Shown piece after piece: positions 1-10,114 of a stretch of DNA of 62,150 nucleotides (positions are counted from its first letter, which is position 1; every line of letters starts with the position of its first letter). The position numbers and the translations under genes were made by a program. Below the pieces are notes generated by a model. That model saw only the letters and a list, made by a program, of their open reading frames with translations, was not told the DNA's origin and ran no database searches. This stretch comes from an uncultured Anaerolineales bacterium (GTDB taxonomy: Bacteria; Planctomycetota; Phycisphaerae; FEN-1346), in the NCBI GenBank assembly GCA_964539385.1, contig CAZIJC010000008.1, forward strand, positions 1 to 62,150, read 5' to 3'.

Positions 1-272
1 GCCACGCGCCGCCCTATTACACGGACAACCTGATGCACAACCTGAAGGCCGAGCGCTTCTACAAGCCGCAGATGGTCAACGGCCGCATGGCCGCCAGCGA
101 CGGGCCGATCAAGACGTTCCCGCTTCGCGGCATCAAGGAGTCGCCGCCGTACCTGCACGACGGGCGGCTGCTGACGCTCGAGGACACGGTCGAGTTCTTC
201 AACCTGATTCAGCAGTTGCGCTTGACGGCCGAGGAAAAGGCAGCCCTGGTGGCCTTCATGCGGGCGCTGTAG
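1..272 (+). CDS. C-terminal part of a cytochrome c peroxidase/MauG-like heme protein (5' truncated by the window)
   Basis: IKTFPLRGIKESPPYLHDGRLLTLEDTVEFF...LTAEEKAALVAFMRAL matches the KTPxLR..PPYxHDG..TLE.VV C-terminus of di-heme CCP-like proteins. Confidence 0.7.
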   Translation, partial: HAPPYYTDNLMHNLKAERFYKPQMVNGRMAASDGPIKTFPLRGIKESPPYLHDGRLLTLEDTVEFFNLIQQLRLTAEEKAALVAFMRAL

Positions 273-298
273 CGACCCTGGCCGGGGCGCGCCCCGGC

Positions 299-1243
299 CT
301 ACCCCGCTTGTTCGGCGGCGTCGTGGGCGATGGCCAGGGATCGGAGGACCTCGATCTGGTCGCCGAGGGCGGCTTGGTCGATGGTGCAGGCCTCGTAGGC
401 GGCGGGGAGGGATTCGCGCTTGGCGGCTTCGCGGACGCCGTCGATCAGGAGCGGTCCAAGTTGTCGGGCGGTCATGCCGAGGCTGATCCGCTGCGGGTTC
501 AGGATGTCGATGAGGACGGCACACGCACAGCCGAGGTAGTCTGCCTGCTCGCGGACGATGGCTCGGGCGAACTCGTCGCCGTCGATGGCGGCGGCACTCA
601 CCTGTTTGCCGGTGATCTCATCGAGACTGAACTGGTCGAGGTGCGTCTCGGGGTGTTCCTCGGCGAGTCGGAGTTTCGCAAGTTCGCCGAGGGCGCGGCC
701 GCTGGTCAACCCTTCGACGCTGCCGGCCTTGTAGTAGCCGACGGGGCCGGTCTCGCGCAGGCGCACGTGGCCGATCTCGCCGGCCAGGTCCTGCTTGCCG
801 CGGAGCAGGCGGCCGCCCAGGACCAGCCCCGCGCCCTGGCCCGTGCCGCAGGTCAGGTAAATCACGTCGTCGAGTTCGCAGTTGAGTCCCCATCGCCATT
901 CGGCGACGGCCGCTGCGTTGGCGTTGTTCTCGAGGGCCGCCGGAACGCCAAGGGCGTCCTGGACCATCGCCACGATCGGGATGCGGTCCCATCCGGGCAG
1001 GTTGGGCGGGGAGAGGATGGTTCCGGAGCGGCTGGAAAGCGGCCCGCCGCAGGCGATTCCGCACGCCGCCGGCGCCTCCCCGCCGCACAGGCTGCGGCCG
1101 ATCTCGACTAGGTGCGAGATGGTTTCGTCGGCTCCGCCGGTGGCGAACTCTTCGCGCGCCAGCGCGCGGCCCTCGAAGTCGCCTACGATGGCTGCCGACT
1201 TGGTTCCGCCGATGTCGAAACCCAGTAGAAGTGCCTCGCTCAT
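299..1243 (-). CDS. ROK family sugar kinase (glucokinase-like)
   Basis: GFDIGGTK, ENNANAAA, TCGTGQGAG and AGEIGH ROK motifs; no N-terminal HTH. Confidence 0.9.
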   Translation of the reverse strand: MSEALLLGFDIGGTKSAAIVGDFEGRALAREEFATGGADETISHLVEIGRSLCGGEAPAACGIACGGPLSSRSGTILSPPNLPGWDRIPIVAMVQDALGVPAALENNANAAAVAEWRWGLNCELDDVIYLTCGTGQGAGLVLGGRLLRGKQDLAGEIGHVRLRETGPVGYYKAGSVEGLTSGRALGELAKLRLAEEHPETHLDQFSLDEITGKQVSAAAIDGDEFARAIVREQADYLGCACAVLIDILNPQRISLGMTARQLGPLLIDGVREAAKRESLPAAYEACTIDQAALGDQIEVLRSLAIAHDAAEQAG

Positions 1244-1386
1244 GGAACGGCAGATTAACCGGGCGCGCCGTGCGCCTCAACCATAAAGTGCGAAAGCGGG
1301 CGGCCTCGGACGTGGAAAGACTTTAGTGCCGCCTTGGCGGTCACCGGCTTTGGACTTCGCACTGCCGCGCAGCGCACTGTTTTTCA

Positions 1387-1416
1387 TGGACACCCCGCGA
1401 CGCCGTCAACTATAAT
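1387..1416 (+). promoter_or_regulatory. sigma70-type promoter
   Basis: TGGACA-18 nt-TATAAT upstream of the DUF2064 gene. Confidence 0.55.
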
Positions 1417-1518
1417 CAGCGCCGTAGGGTAACGAGCCGTGCTGGTTCGCCGCGAGGACGCCCGTGAACACGAGGCCGTGGACCCGAGGCCGCAGGCACG
1501 TAGGCGCAGGTGCAGGCC

Positions 1519-2196
1519 ATGTCCGCCCTGTTCGGAATGCTGGTGAGGAAACCCGAGCCCGGGAAGGTCAAACCCGACCTGGCGGAGGTGCTCGGTGCGC
1601 CGGCGGCGGCGCGTCTGTACCGTAGTTTCATCATGGACTTGTGCGAGCGGTTCGCACACCTGTCGGTCCCGACCCGTGTTCTGGCCTACGCCCCGAGCGG
1701 TGCCCGTAAAGCGGTCAGTTTGCTGGCGTCGCGGCACTGGCGTCTGATGCGGCAGGAGGGCCGGGGTCGCGGCCAGGCGCTGGTCGGCCTGTTCGAATAC
1801 GCATGGCGGCTGGGATATCAGCGGGCGGTGGTCTTGCTCACCGATTGCCCGACCGTCCCTGGCGCTTTCGTTGTCGATGCGTTCGACCGTTTGCTGATCG
1901 ACGACGTCGTCCTCGGTCCGACGACCGACGGCGGGGTGTACCTGGTGGGGCTGAGCCTGGAGCGGCCGGAACTGTTCCTCGGCCTGGACTGGAACTCGGG
2001 CGGTGCGTTCGACGCCCTCGTGGAACGGGCCGACGCGTTCGGCCTGATCCTCGGCCTCGAGCCGCACTGGTACGAGGTCGAGGATCAGGCCGGACTCGAC
2101 CGGCTGGCCGGCCACCTGCGGGCGCTTGCCGTCGTCGGGGACGAGCACATCCCGCGGCGGACGCAGACGCTGCTCGGGCGCCTGCGGCTGGTGTGA
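1519..2196 (+). CDS. TIGR04282/DUF2064 family glycosyltransferase-like protein
   Basis: KPEPGKVK.L, QEGRG.G, TDCP, VLGPTTDGGVYLVGL, WYEVED motifs; ATG at 1519. Confidence 0.85.
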   Translation: MSALFGMLVRKPEPGKVKPDLAEVLGAPAAARLYRSFIMDLCERFAHLSVPTRVLAYAPSGARKAVSLLASRHWRLMRQEGRGRGQALVGLFEYAWRLGYQRAVVLLTDCPTVPGAFVVDAFDRLLIDDVVLGPTTDGGVYLVGLSLERPELFLGLDWNSGGAFDALVERADAFGLILGLEPHWYEVEDQAGLDRLAGHLRALAVVGDEHIPRRTQTLLGRLRLV

Positions 2197-2242
2197 CGCT
2201 ATTGAACTGCATGGAACGCCAAGAGTACAAGGGGCGGATGAG

Positions 2243-2285
2243 TCGAGCCCGCAGCGGAAGCGGCGGGTTACTCCGTCACCGGAGG
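2243..2285 (+). promoter_or_regulatory. Conserved leader motif, copy 1 (GGAA-tetraloop hairpin plus SD)
   Basis: 39/43 nt identical to 4163-4205; ends in GGAGG before ATG 2294. Confidence 0.6.
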
Positions 2286-2293
2286 GAACTGCG

Positions 2294-2770
2294 ATGACCG
2301 CCGACTTCGACGAGGAGGTCCGCAACTCCACGATCCTCATCGCCGACGATACTCCCCAGAACGTCGAACTGCTTCAGGCGTACCTCGACGGGCTCGGCTG
2401 CAAGACGGTTGCTGCCTACGACGGCGCGGAAACCCTTGAGAGGGTGGCCGAGGCGAAGCCCGACCTCATCCTCCTCGACATCATGATGCCGAAGGTCTCG
2501 GGCTACGAGATCTGCCGCAAACTCAAAGAGGACCCGGCGACGGCCGACATCCCCATCTGCATGGTGACCGCCCTGAAGGAGGACGGCGACATCGAGCGGG
2601 CCGTCGAGGCCGGCACCGATGATTTTCTCTCGAAACCGATCAACCGGTGGGAACTCATCGCGCGGGTCAGGAACCTCCTGCGCGTCCGCCACCTTCAGAA
2701 CGAACTCGAACGCACGCTCTCCTACATCGAAGAGGTGGACAAGGCCCGCGACGAGGAAGGTGAGGAGTAA
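2294..2770 (+). CDS. Single-domain response regulator (PleD-type receiver)
   Basis: ILIADD...LILLDIMMP..SGYE...VTA...DFLSKP; SD GGAGG upstream. Confidence 0.9.
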   Translation: MTADFDEEVRNSTILIADDTPQNVELLQAYLDGLGCKTVAAYDGAETLERVAEAKPDLILLDIMMPKVSGYEICRKLKEDPATADIPICMVTALKEDGDIERAVEAGTDDFLSKPINRWELIARVRNLLRVRHLQNELERTLSYIEEVDKARDEEGEE

Positions 2771-2777
2771 CGCGCTG

Positions 2778-2837
2778 GAACCAGCCCCCGATGGCAATCG
2801 GGGGTGTGTGAACCAGCCCCCGATGGCAATCGGGGGT
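2778..2837. repeat. Tandem pair of REP-like hairpins
   Basis: GAACCAGCCCCCGATGGCAATCGGGGGT at 2778-2805 and 2810-2837, each with a CCCCCGAT/ATCGGGGG stem. Confidence 0.85.
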
Positions 2838-2852
2838 CGGCAATCGAGACCT

Positions 2853-4064
2853 ATGCCAGACTGCACTCATCCTAGCGACGACCTTCATCACTTCATCGAG
2901 ACACACAAGCATGACCTCAGGACCTGCCTCTGCGACCTCATCCGCGCCCGCACGGTCAACCCGCCCGGCGATGAGTATCTGGCCGCCAAGGTCCTGACGG
3001 ACTTCTGCGACTCGCGCGGCATTGCCTGCGAGACCTTCGAGAAGGAAGTCGGCCGCACGAACGTCGTGGCCCGCATCGGTTCCGGGCGACCGCGCGTTCT
3101 CGTGCCGTGCCATTTCGACGTGGTCCCCGCCGGCGACGGGTGGGAGACCGATCCCTTTGAGCCCGTCGAAACGGGCGGCCGCATCTACGGCCGCGGGGCC
3201 AAGGACAACAAGGGTCCGCTGGCCGCCATGATGCTTGCGGCGGCGTATCTGAAGGACCACGAGGCCGACCTCCCCGGTCAACTCGTCCTGGTCGGCTGTG
3301 CCGACGAGGAGGCCGGCAGCGCCCTGGGCATGATGTACCTTCTGGCGGAGTGCGGCCTGGAGGCCGAGTGCTCGATCGTCCCCGACGCGGGCCACGAGAT
3401 GCGCTTGATCGACGTCGGCGAGAAGGGGGCGCTGTTTATGAAGGTCGTGGCCGTCGGCCGCCAGGCCCACGGCTCGACGCCCGAACGCGGTGCGAGCGCC
3501 CTGTGGCCGGTCCTCGATTTTCTCGGCCGCATCCGCCAGTGGCGGCCGCCCCCGCCGCCCGAAAGCGAGGCGACCGACCTCTTTACGCCGGCAACGCTCA
3601 ACATCGGGGCCGTCCATGCGGGCGCTGTCCCGAACATGGTCCCCGGCAGGTGCGAGGCCCTGATCGACGTCCGCTATCTGCCCGGCACCGACGGCTCTGA
3701 CATCATCGAGCATCTGCGGAGCGAACTGGCGGCGGTCGAGGCCGCCTCTGACGGCGTCCGGATGGCACTGGAGGTCACGACCCACCAGTTGCCGACCCTC
3801 GTGGACACGCAGGGGCCGCTCGCCCGCGCGCTCGAACGCGCGACCGAGCGGGTGACGGGCATCCGGCCCGAACGATACGGCCAGTCGGGCGCGACGGTCG
3901 CGAAGTTCCTGATCCTGGAGGGCATCCCGGCCGTCGGATTCTGCTGCGGTCCGGAAGGCGTCGCGCACGTGGCGGGCGAGTGGATCGACCTTGATGACGT
4001 TGCCCGATTCGCCGAGGTCATGACGCTCACCGTCCTTGACCTGATGGCCGAGGCAACTGGTTAG
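2853..4064 (+). CDS. M20 family metallopeptidase (ArgE/DapE-like)
   Basis: CHFDVVP, YGRGAKDNKG, ADEEAGS, GRQAHGSTP, AHVAGEW. Confidence 0.9.
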   Translation: MPDCTHPSDDLHHFIETHKHDLRTCLCDLIRARTVNPPGDEYLAAKVLTDFCDSRGIACETFEKEVGRTNVVARIGSGRPRVLVPCHFDVVPAGDGWETDPFEPVETGGRIYGRGAKDNKGPLAAMMLAAAYLKDHEADLPGQLVLVGCADEEAGSALGMMYLLAECGLEAECSIVPDAGHEMRLIDVGEKGALFMKVVAVGRQAHGSTPERGASALWPVLDFLGRIRQWRPPPPPESEATDLFTPATLNIGAVHAGAVPNMVPGRCEALIDVRYLPGTDGSDIIEHLRSELAAVEAASDGVRMALEVTTHQLPTLVDTQGPLARALERATERVTGIRPERYGQSGATVAKFLILEGIPAVGFCCGPEGVAHVAGEWIDLDDVARFAEVMTLTVLDLMAEATG

Positions 4065-4087
4065 CCGCCGCGCTTGCAGGGAGGAGG

Positions 4088-4147
4088 GCGGTGGGCAGTC
4101 TTGCTCACCGCGCGCAGCGTCGCGGCAGGCAGGATTGCCCGCCGCGC
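4088..4147. repeat. REP-like doublet (GCGGTGGGCA.TCTTGC.CACCGC / GGCAGGATTGCCCGCCGCG)
   Basis: Same unit pair recurs inside the MITE-like element at ~29628-29700. Confidence 0.7.
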
Positions 4148-4162
4148 AGGTTGCTGCGTCGT

Positions 4163-4205
4163 TCGATCCCGCCGCGGAAGCGGCGGGTTACGCCGTCACA
4201 GGAGG
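4163..4205 (+). promoter_or_regulatory. Conserved leader motif, copy 2
   Basis: CCCGCCGC-GGAA-GCGGCGGG hairpin, then TTACGCCGTCACAGGAGG before ATG 4211. Confidence 0.6.
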
Positions 4206-4210
4206 TAGTT

Positions 4211-6934
4211 ATGACCGACCGCAGGTTACTTGGTTCCCTGGGCATCGCCGTGGCTGTCGGCGTCGTTGCGTTAGTCGGCTGCGAACGGTTTGGCCTGCGT
4301 CACATGGGTGCCTCTGGCGATGAGAGCGCCGTGGCGGCCGACGTTGCGGCGCCCTTGACCGCGGCTCCGCCGCCGCGTCAGCGTATCGAGCGGCTGGAGA
4401 ACGGTCTCCGCGTGATCGTGCGCGAGCGGCACGTGGGCGGCATGGCGGCGCTGCGCGTGTACGTCGGCGCAGGCAGCCTGAACGAGGCCGAGTACAGCGG
4501 CGCGGGCGTCTCGCACTTCCTCGAGCATCTGGTTTCAGGCGGCACGACGCCGACGCGGTCGGAGGAGGAGATCCGCAAAGCCCTCCAGGCCATCGGCGCC
4601 CAGACCAACGCCCACACCGGCAAGCAGTTTGTCTGTTACCACGGGCAGGTGAGCGGGGAGCATATCGGGCGGCTCATCGAGGTCATCGGCGACTACGTGA
4701 TCCATGCGAAGATCGAGCAGAAGGAGTTCGACCGCGAGTTCGAGGTCGTCCAGCGCGAGATCGAGCGGGCCGAGGCCGACCCGCGCCGCCGTCTGTGGCG
4801 GCTGGCCAACGAGACGTTCTTCGCCGACCACCCGGCCCGGCAGCCGATCCTCGGCCACCTGGAGGTTTTCCGGAAACTGACGCGCGACGATCTCGTGCGG
4901 TTCTACCGCCGCATCGTCGTGCCCGACAACACGGTGGTCGTGGCGGTCGGCGACTTCGACGCCGGCTCTTGTGTAGAGACGGTCCGCAAGACGTTCGGCT
5001 CGTGGCAGCGCACGCGGTTCCGGCCGACCGTCCTGCCGCCGCGCAAGGTCCAGACCGGCCCGCGGCGCGCGGCGGTTGAACTGGACGTTAAGAGCGCCCG
5101 GGCGGTTATCGAGTTCCCGACGGTGCGCCTCACCCATCCGGACCTGTATCCGCTCGACATCCTCGCCTTTGTCCTGGGGCACGGACGGGCGTCGCGCATG
5201 GTGTCGGATCTCAGGGACCGGCGCGGCCTGGTCCAGGAGATCTCGGTCTCCAGTTACACGCCGGCCGGCTACGACGGTGGCCGCTTCGCGGTCATGTTGG
5301 AGGCCGAACCCGACAAGGCCGAAGCCGCGCGGCGGGCCGTGATGGAGCAACTCGCACGGGCCGTCCGCGAGGCGCCGACCGACGAGGAACTCGCCCGCGC
5401 GAAACGCCAGAAAATCAGCGAGCACGTCTTCGCGCTCCAGCAGTGCGAGGATATTGCGACCGACCTCGGCACCAGCGCGCTGCTCGTCGGCGACCCGGAC
5501 TTCTCCCAGCGCTACGTCCGGAACATCCAGCGGGTTACTGCCGCCGACGTGCGGCGCGTCGCCGCCAAGTACTTGCGGCCCGAAGTGGTGACCGTTACGG
5601 TGGTCCGGCCCAAGCGCGAGGCCAAGACGGAGGGCGAGGCGAAGAAGCCTGTCAAGCCGCCGCCCGTGCGGCCGCGCATCATTAGCCGGTTCCTGCCGAA
5701 CGGCGTGCGGCTGCTGTTGTGCCCGGTTCCGGGGCACCCGACGGTCAGCATCAAGATGTTCATGCGCGGCGGTCTTTCGGTCGAATCCGAGAAGACGGCC
5801 GGCATCTCCTCGTTCATGAGCCGCATGCTTATGAAAGGCACCAGGCGGCACAAGACGGCCGACATCGCGCGTATCCTCGATGCGATGGGCGCCCAGATGA
5901 GCGCCACGAGCGGCCGCAACACGATGTATCTGTCGGCCCGGTGTCTGGCGGAGGATTTCGAGAAGACGTTCGACCTGGCGGCCGAGTGCCTGCTGGAGCC
6001 GGCGTTCCCGCCGGTAGAGATCGAGCGGCTGCGGGCCATGACCCTGGCGCAACTCGCGCACATGGCCGACACGCCGCATGGCGAGGCGTCGCTGTACTTC
6101 AACCGCGCCTTCTTCGCCGATTCGCCGTACCGCTTCCCGGTGCCGGGGACGCCGGAGGTGGCCAGAGCGCTCGCGCGCGACGATCTGGTGGCCTGGCATA
6201 GGAAGTACGTGGTGGGCAGCAACCTCGTGGTGGCGGTCTTCGGCGGGATCGACCTCGTCAAGGCCGCCAGGCACGTGGCCGACGCCGTCGAGAACCTGCC
6301 GCAGAGCCCGCGCCTGATCTTCCCGAAGGACCTGAAGCCCCGCAAAACCGCCGGCCGCGAGGTCTATATCAAGGCGTCCGGCAAAGGGTCGGCCGTTGTG
6401 TACGTGGCGTACCCGGGGTTCGATATCTTCAACGTTCGCGACCGGTTCGCCGTGGAACTGCTCGACACGGTCGTCTCGGGCTACCAGATGCCGAGCGGCT
6501 GGCTGCACGAGGAACTCCGTGGCAAGGGACTCGTGTACGAGGTCCATGCGTGGTCGATGGCCGGCCTTCGGCCCGGATACTTCGCCGCGATGGCCGTGTG
6601 CCAGCCCGAGAAGGTGCCCGAGGTCGTCGGCATCATCGAGACGGCGATGCAGCGTGCCGGGAAGGAGACCTTCACCGAGGAGCAACTGACCCCCGCCCGT
6701 GCTTGCGTCATCACGGCCAAGGAACTTGGCCGCGAGACGATCGACGGCTGGTCGTTCGAGGCGGCGGTCGATGAGGTTCTCGGTCTGGGTCACGGCTTCG
6801 CCCGCGAAGAACTCGAGCGGATCCGTCGGACGCAGCCCGCCGACCTCTCGCGCGTCGCCCGCCGCTACCTGAAAGACCCTGTCATCGTCGTCGTCACGAG
6901 CGACCCGAAGGCCGCCGAGGCGATCCGAAAGTAA
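4211..6934 (+). CDS. M16 family zinc protease (pitrilysin/PqqL-like), probable lipoprotein
   Basis: HFLEH inverted zincin motif, NAHT, two tandem M16 halves (LENGLRV / LPNGVRL), lipobox ALVGC. Confidence 0.92.
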   Translation: MTDRRLLGSLGIAVAVGVVALVGCERFGLRHMGASGDESAVAADVAAPLTAAPPPRQRIERLENGLRVIVRERHVGGMAALRVYVGAGSLNEAEYSGAGVSHFLEHLVSGGTTPTRSEEEIRKALQAIGAQTNAHTGKQFVCYHGQVSGEHIGRLIEVIGDYVIHAKIEQKEFDREFEVVQREIERAEADPRRRLWRLANETFFADHPARQPILGHLEVFRKLTRDDLVRFYRRIVVPDNTVVVAVGDFDAGSCVETVRKTFGSWQRTRFRPTVLPPRKVQTGPRRAAVELDVKSARAVIEFPTVRLTHPDLYPLDILAFVLGHGRASRMVSDLRDRRGLVQEISVSSYTPAGYDGGRFAVMLEAEPDKAEAARRAVMEQLARAVREAPTDEELARAKRQKISEHVFALQQCEDIATDLGTSALLVGDPDFSQRYVRNIQRVTAADVRRVAAKYLRPEVVTVTVVRPKREAKTEGEAKKPVKPPPVRPRIISRFLPNGVRLLLCPVPGHPTVSIKMFMRGGLSVESEKTAGISSFMSRMLMKGTRRHKTADIARILDAMGAQMSATSGRNTMYLSARCLAEDFEKTFDLAAECLLEPAFPPVEIERLRAMTLAQLAHMADTPHGEASLYFNRAFFADSPYRFPVPGTPEVARALARDDLVAWHRKYVVGSNLVVAVFGGIDLVKAARHVADAVENLPQSPRLIFPKDLKPRKTAGREVYIKASGKGSAVVYVAYPGFDIFNVRDRFAVELLDTVVSGYQMPSGWLHEELRGKGLVYEVHAWSMAGLRPGYFAAMAVCQPEKVPEVVGIIETAMQRAGKETFTEEQLTPARACVITAKELGRETIDGWSFEAAVDEVLGLGHGFAREELERIRRTQPADLSRVARRYLKDPVIVVVTSDPKAAEAIRK

Positions 6935-6957
6935 AAAAGGTACCAGCTACCTTTTTT
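6933..6957. terminator. A/T-flanked hairpin (terminator or REP-derived)
   Basis: AAAAAAGGTA-CCAGC-TACCTTTTTT directly after the M16 stop. Confidence 0.5.
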
Positions 6958-6972
6958 GGGGAAGGAGGACCG

Positions 6973-9372
6973 ATGAACGTTTCCGCTTTGCTGCTGTCAG
7001 TTGCTTTTGTGATGGTTATCGCCGGGTGTGCCGCGCACGCGCCGGGAGCCGATGCCATGGATCTCGAAACCCCTGCCGAAGGGATGACGCTCTGGTACGA
7101 GAAGCCCGCCGCCAAGTGGTCCGAAGCGCTGCCCATCGGCAGCGGCCGCCTCGGCGCGATGGTATTCGGCGGCACGGCCGAGGAGCGCATCCAGTTCAAC
7201 GAGGACACGCTCTGGGTCGGCAAGCCGCACGACTACAGCCACGAGGGCGCCGCCGCCTACCTGCCCCAGGTCCGCCAACTGCTCTTCGAGGGCAAACAGA
7301 AGGACGCCGAACGCCTGGCGGCCCAGCACATGATGAGCGTCCCCCTTCGCCAGGTGCCCTACCAGCCGTTCGGCGACCTGAAACTGACCTTCCCCGGCCA
7401 CGACCAGGCGACCGACTACCGGCGCGAACTCGACGTCGATTCGGCCGTCGCCACCGTCCGGTACAACGTCGGAGGCGTCGCGTTCACCCGCGAACTGTTC
7501 GCGAGTTACCCCGACCAGGCGATCGTCGTCCGTATCACGGCCGAGACGCCGGGCAAGGTGGATTTCAAGGCGTCTCTGGCCAGCCCGCACCCCAACGTGG
7601 CAGTTTCTGCCGCCGCCAAAGACGTCCTGGCGATGCGCGGGCGGCTCGGCAAGTACACCAGCAAGCGGACGAAGACCGAGATTCAGAACGCCATGGCGTT
7701 CGAGGCGCGCCTTCACGCCTCGGCCGACGGCGGCCGGGTGAAGGTCACCGCCGAGGGCGTCGAGGTGACCGGCGCCGACGCCGCCACGCTCAAACTCGTG
7801 GCTGCAACCAACTACAAGAACTTCCGCGATGTCTCCGCCGACCCGGCCAGGCGCTGCGAGGCGTACCTGAAGGCCGTCGCGGCCAAGCCGTACGACGCCC
7901 TGCGCGCCGCGCACGTCCGTGACCACCGCAGCCTCTTCCGCCGCGTCTCGCTCGAAGTGCCCACGACCGAAGCGTCGAAACAGCCGACCGACCAGCGGAT
8001 CAAGAACTTCGCCAAGCAGGACGACGCGCAACTGGCGGCGCTGTTCTTCCAGTTCGGCCGGTATCTGATGATCGCAAGTAGCCGGCCCGGCACGCAGCCG
8101 GCCAACCTCCAGGGCATCTGGAACGAACGCACGCGCCCGCCGTGGGAGTCCAAGTACACCTGCAATATCAACACCGAGATGAACTACTGGCCGGCGGAAG
8201 CCACGAACCTCTCGGAGTGCCACGACCCCCTGTTTGACCTTCTCGACGAGGTGGCCGTCTCCGGCGCACGCACCGCCAAGGCCCACTACAACTGCCGCGG
8301 CTGGGTGCTCCATCATAACACGGACCTGTGGCGCGGCACGGCCCCCATCAACGCCTCGAACCACGGCATCTGGGTCACCGGCGGGGCGTGGTTGAGCCAG
8401 CACCTGTGGTTGCGGTATGACTTCACGCGCGACACCGAGTTCCTCCGCAAGCGTGCTTACCCTGTCATCAAGGGTGCGGCCGAGTTCTTCGCGGACTTCC
8501 TCATCGAGGACCCGCGCCCGGGGTACAAGAAGTGGCTTATCTCAACGCCCTCCAACTCGCCCGAGCAGGGCGGGCTCGTGGCCGGTCCGACCATGGACCA
8601 CCAGATTATCCGCAACCTGTTCACCAACTGCATCGAGGCCGGCAAGATACTCGGCGTCGATGAGGCCTTCCGCAAGAAACTCATCGACCTGAAGAGCCGC
8701 ATCGCACCCAACCAGATCGGTCAGCACGGGCAACTCCAGGAATGGCTCGAAGACAAGGACAATCCGAAGAACCGCCACCGCCACACGTCGCACCTGTGGG
8801 GCCTGCATCCGGGCCGCGAGATCACCCCACGCGGAACCCCCAAACTCACCGAGGCCTGCAAGGTCACGCTCTCGCATCGCGGCGACGGCGGCACCGGTTG
8901 GAGCAAGGCCTGGAAGGTCAACTTCTGGGCACGCCTCCTCGACGGCGACCACGCCTTCAAGATGGTCAGCGAGGCCATCACCGGCAACACCTTCCCGAAC
9001 ATGTTCGACGCCCATCCGCCGTTCCAGATCGACGGCAACTTCGGCGGCACGAGCGGCATCGCCGAGATGCTCCTCCAGTCGCATGCCGCAGAGGTCGAGA
9101 TACTGCCCGCGCTGCCAAAGGCGATTCCTGCCGGCAGCGTCACGGGCCTCTGCGCGCGCGGAGGTTTCGTGGTGGACATCGCGTGGACGGATGGTAGGCT
9201 GACCGAGGCGACGATCCGCTCGAAGGTCGGCGGGCCGTGCCGCCTCCGGACGCCGGCGCCGGTGGCCGTCACGTGCGACGGCAAGACCGTCGATGTTAAA
9301 CCGGTCGCCGGCGGCGTCGTCGAATTCGCCACCCAGGCCGGCGCAGCGTATACGCTGACGCCGCGAAAGTGA
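6973..9372 (+). CDS. Glycoside hydrolase family 95 (alpha-L-fucosidase-like), exported
   Basis: WSEALPIGSGRLGAMVFG, FNEDTLW, FQFGRYLMI, NINTEMNYWP, HRHTSHLW, PPFQIDGNFG. Confidence 0.95.
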   Translation: MNVSALLLSVAFVMVIAGCAAHAPGADAMDLETPAEGMTLWYEKPAAKWSEALPIGSGRLGAMVFGGTAEERIQFNEDTLWVGKPHDYSHEGAAAYLPQVRQLLFEGKQKDAERLAAQHMMSVPLRQVPYQPFGDLKLTFPGHDQATDYRRELDVDSAVATVRYNVGGVAFTRELFASYPDQAIVVRITAETPGKVDFKASLASPHPNVAVSAAAKDVLAMRGRLGKYTSKRTKTEIQNAMAFEARLHASADGGRVKVTAEGVEVTGADAATLKLVAATNYKNFRDVSADPARRCEAYLKAVAAKPYDALRAAHVRDHRSLFRRVSLEVPTTEASKQPTDQRIKNFAKQDDAQLAALFFQFGRYLMIASSRPGTQPANLQGIWNERTRPPWESKYTCNINTEMNYWPAEATNLSECHDPLFDLLDEVAVSGARTAKAHYNCRGWVLHHNTDLWRGTAPINASNHGIWVTGGAWLSQHLWLRYDFTRDTEFLRKRAYPVIKGAAEFFADFLIEDPRPGYKKWLISTPSNSPEQGGLVAGPTMDHQIIRNLFTNCIEAGKILGVDEAFRKKLIDLKSRIAPNQIGQHGQLQEWLEDKDNPKNRHRHTSHLWGLHPGREITPRGTPKLTEACKVTLSHRGDGGTGWSKAWKVNFWARLLDGDHAFKMVSEAITGNTFPNMFDAHPPFQIDGNFGGTSGIAEMLLQSHAAEVEILPALPKAIPAGSVTGLCARGGFVVDIAWTDGRLTEATIRSKVGGPCRLRTPAPVAVTCDGKTVDVKPVAGGVVEFATQAGAAYTLTPRK

Positions 9373-9450
9373 CGCGGCGCATTGGCCACGTTAGCCGCGG
9401 GGCTTGCCCCGCTGACGCCATGTTAGCCGCGGGGCTTGCCCCGCGCGTTG
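9360..9450. repeat. Direct repeat, left copy, with GCGGGGCTTGCCCCGC hairpins
   Basis: 9360-9420 is identical to 10115-10175; extra hairpin copy at 9422-9447. Confidence 0.9.
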
Positions 9451-9469
9451 ATACGAAAGGAGATCGCCC

Positions 9470-10087
9470 ATGACTCGCCCGACGATCGCTGTGTGCTGTA
9501 TGGCATTGACGTTGGCTGTGGCGATGGGTTGTGAATTGAAGTCCGCCCGTTTCCAGGCCACCGTGTACGAGACGCGCGTGCCCGAGAAGGGCGTAGGCGC
9601 GTTCGATTCCAAATTGCTTGCCGCCAAGGCCGGCACCGCCGCCGACCTTCAGAAGGCCCTGGCAGCCTGCGGCAAAACGAAGGTCCTGTACCAGGTGGAC
9701 CAGACTGTCAACCTGGCCGAAGACCGCATCCATATCGGCAAACGCGAACCGTTCGTGACGAACACGCGGAGGAGCGAGCGCGGGCCGTCTATCAACACCG
9801 TCCAGTACCAGCAAGTCGGTGTCATCTTCCAGGTCGCGGGCACCCCGACCGCCGGCGGTCTGGATGCGACGGTCGGGTTCGAGATGTCGGCCCTGACCGA
9901 GAGCGGGACGAAGATCTCGGACAAGGCCAGCGCAGCCACGGTCCGAAGCATCGCGTTGGGGCACAAAGGGCCGATCCAACTCGGCAAGCCGGTCGTCCTG
10001 GTTAGTCTCGACGCATCGAGCAAGGACGCCGACGGCAACGCCGTCGCCTACGTTTGCCGCATCGTGTTCGACGAGCCGGCCCCGTAA
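9470..10087 (+). CDS. Hypothetical lipoprotein with a secretin-like segment
   Basis: SD AAGGAG; signal ending AVAMGC; IGKREPFVT...TVQYQQVGVIFQV recalls secretin strands. Confidence 0.65.
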   Translation: MTRPTIAVCCMALTLAVAMGCELKSARFQATVYETRVPEKGVGAFDSKLLAAKAGTAADLQKALAACGKTKVLYQVDQTVNLAEDRIHIGKREPFVTNTRRSERGPSINTVQYQQVGVIFQVAGTPTAGGLDATVGFEMSALTESGTKISDKASAATVRSIALGHKGPIQLGKPVVLVSLDASSKDADGNAVAYVCRIVFDEPAP

Positions 10088-10114
10088 GGCGCCCGGCCGC
10101 GCGATGCTGCGTTG

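Noticed and set aside
1290-1500. Riboswitch in the ROK / DUF2064 divergent spacer
   Set aside because: Only REP-like hairpins and a promoter were seen; no recognisable aptamer consensus
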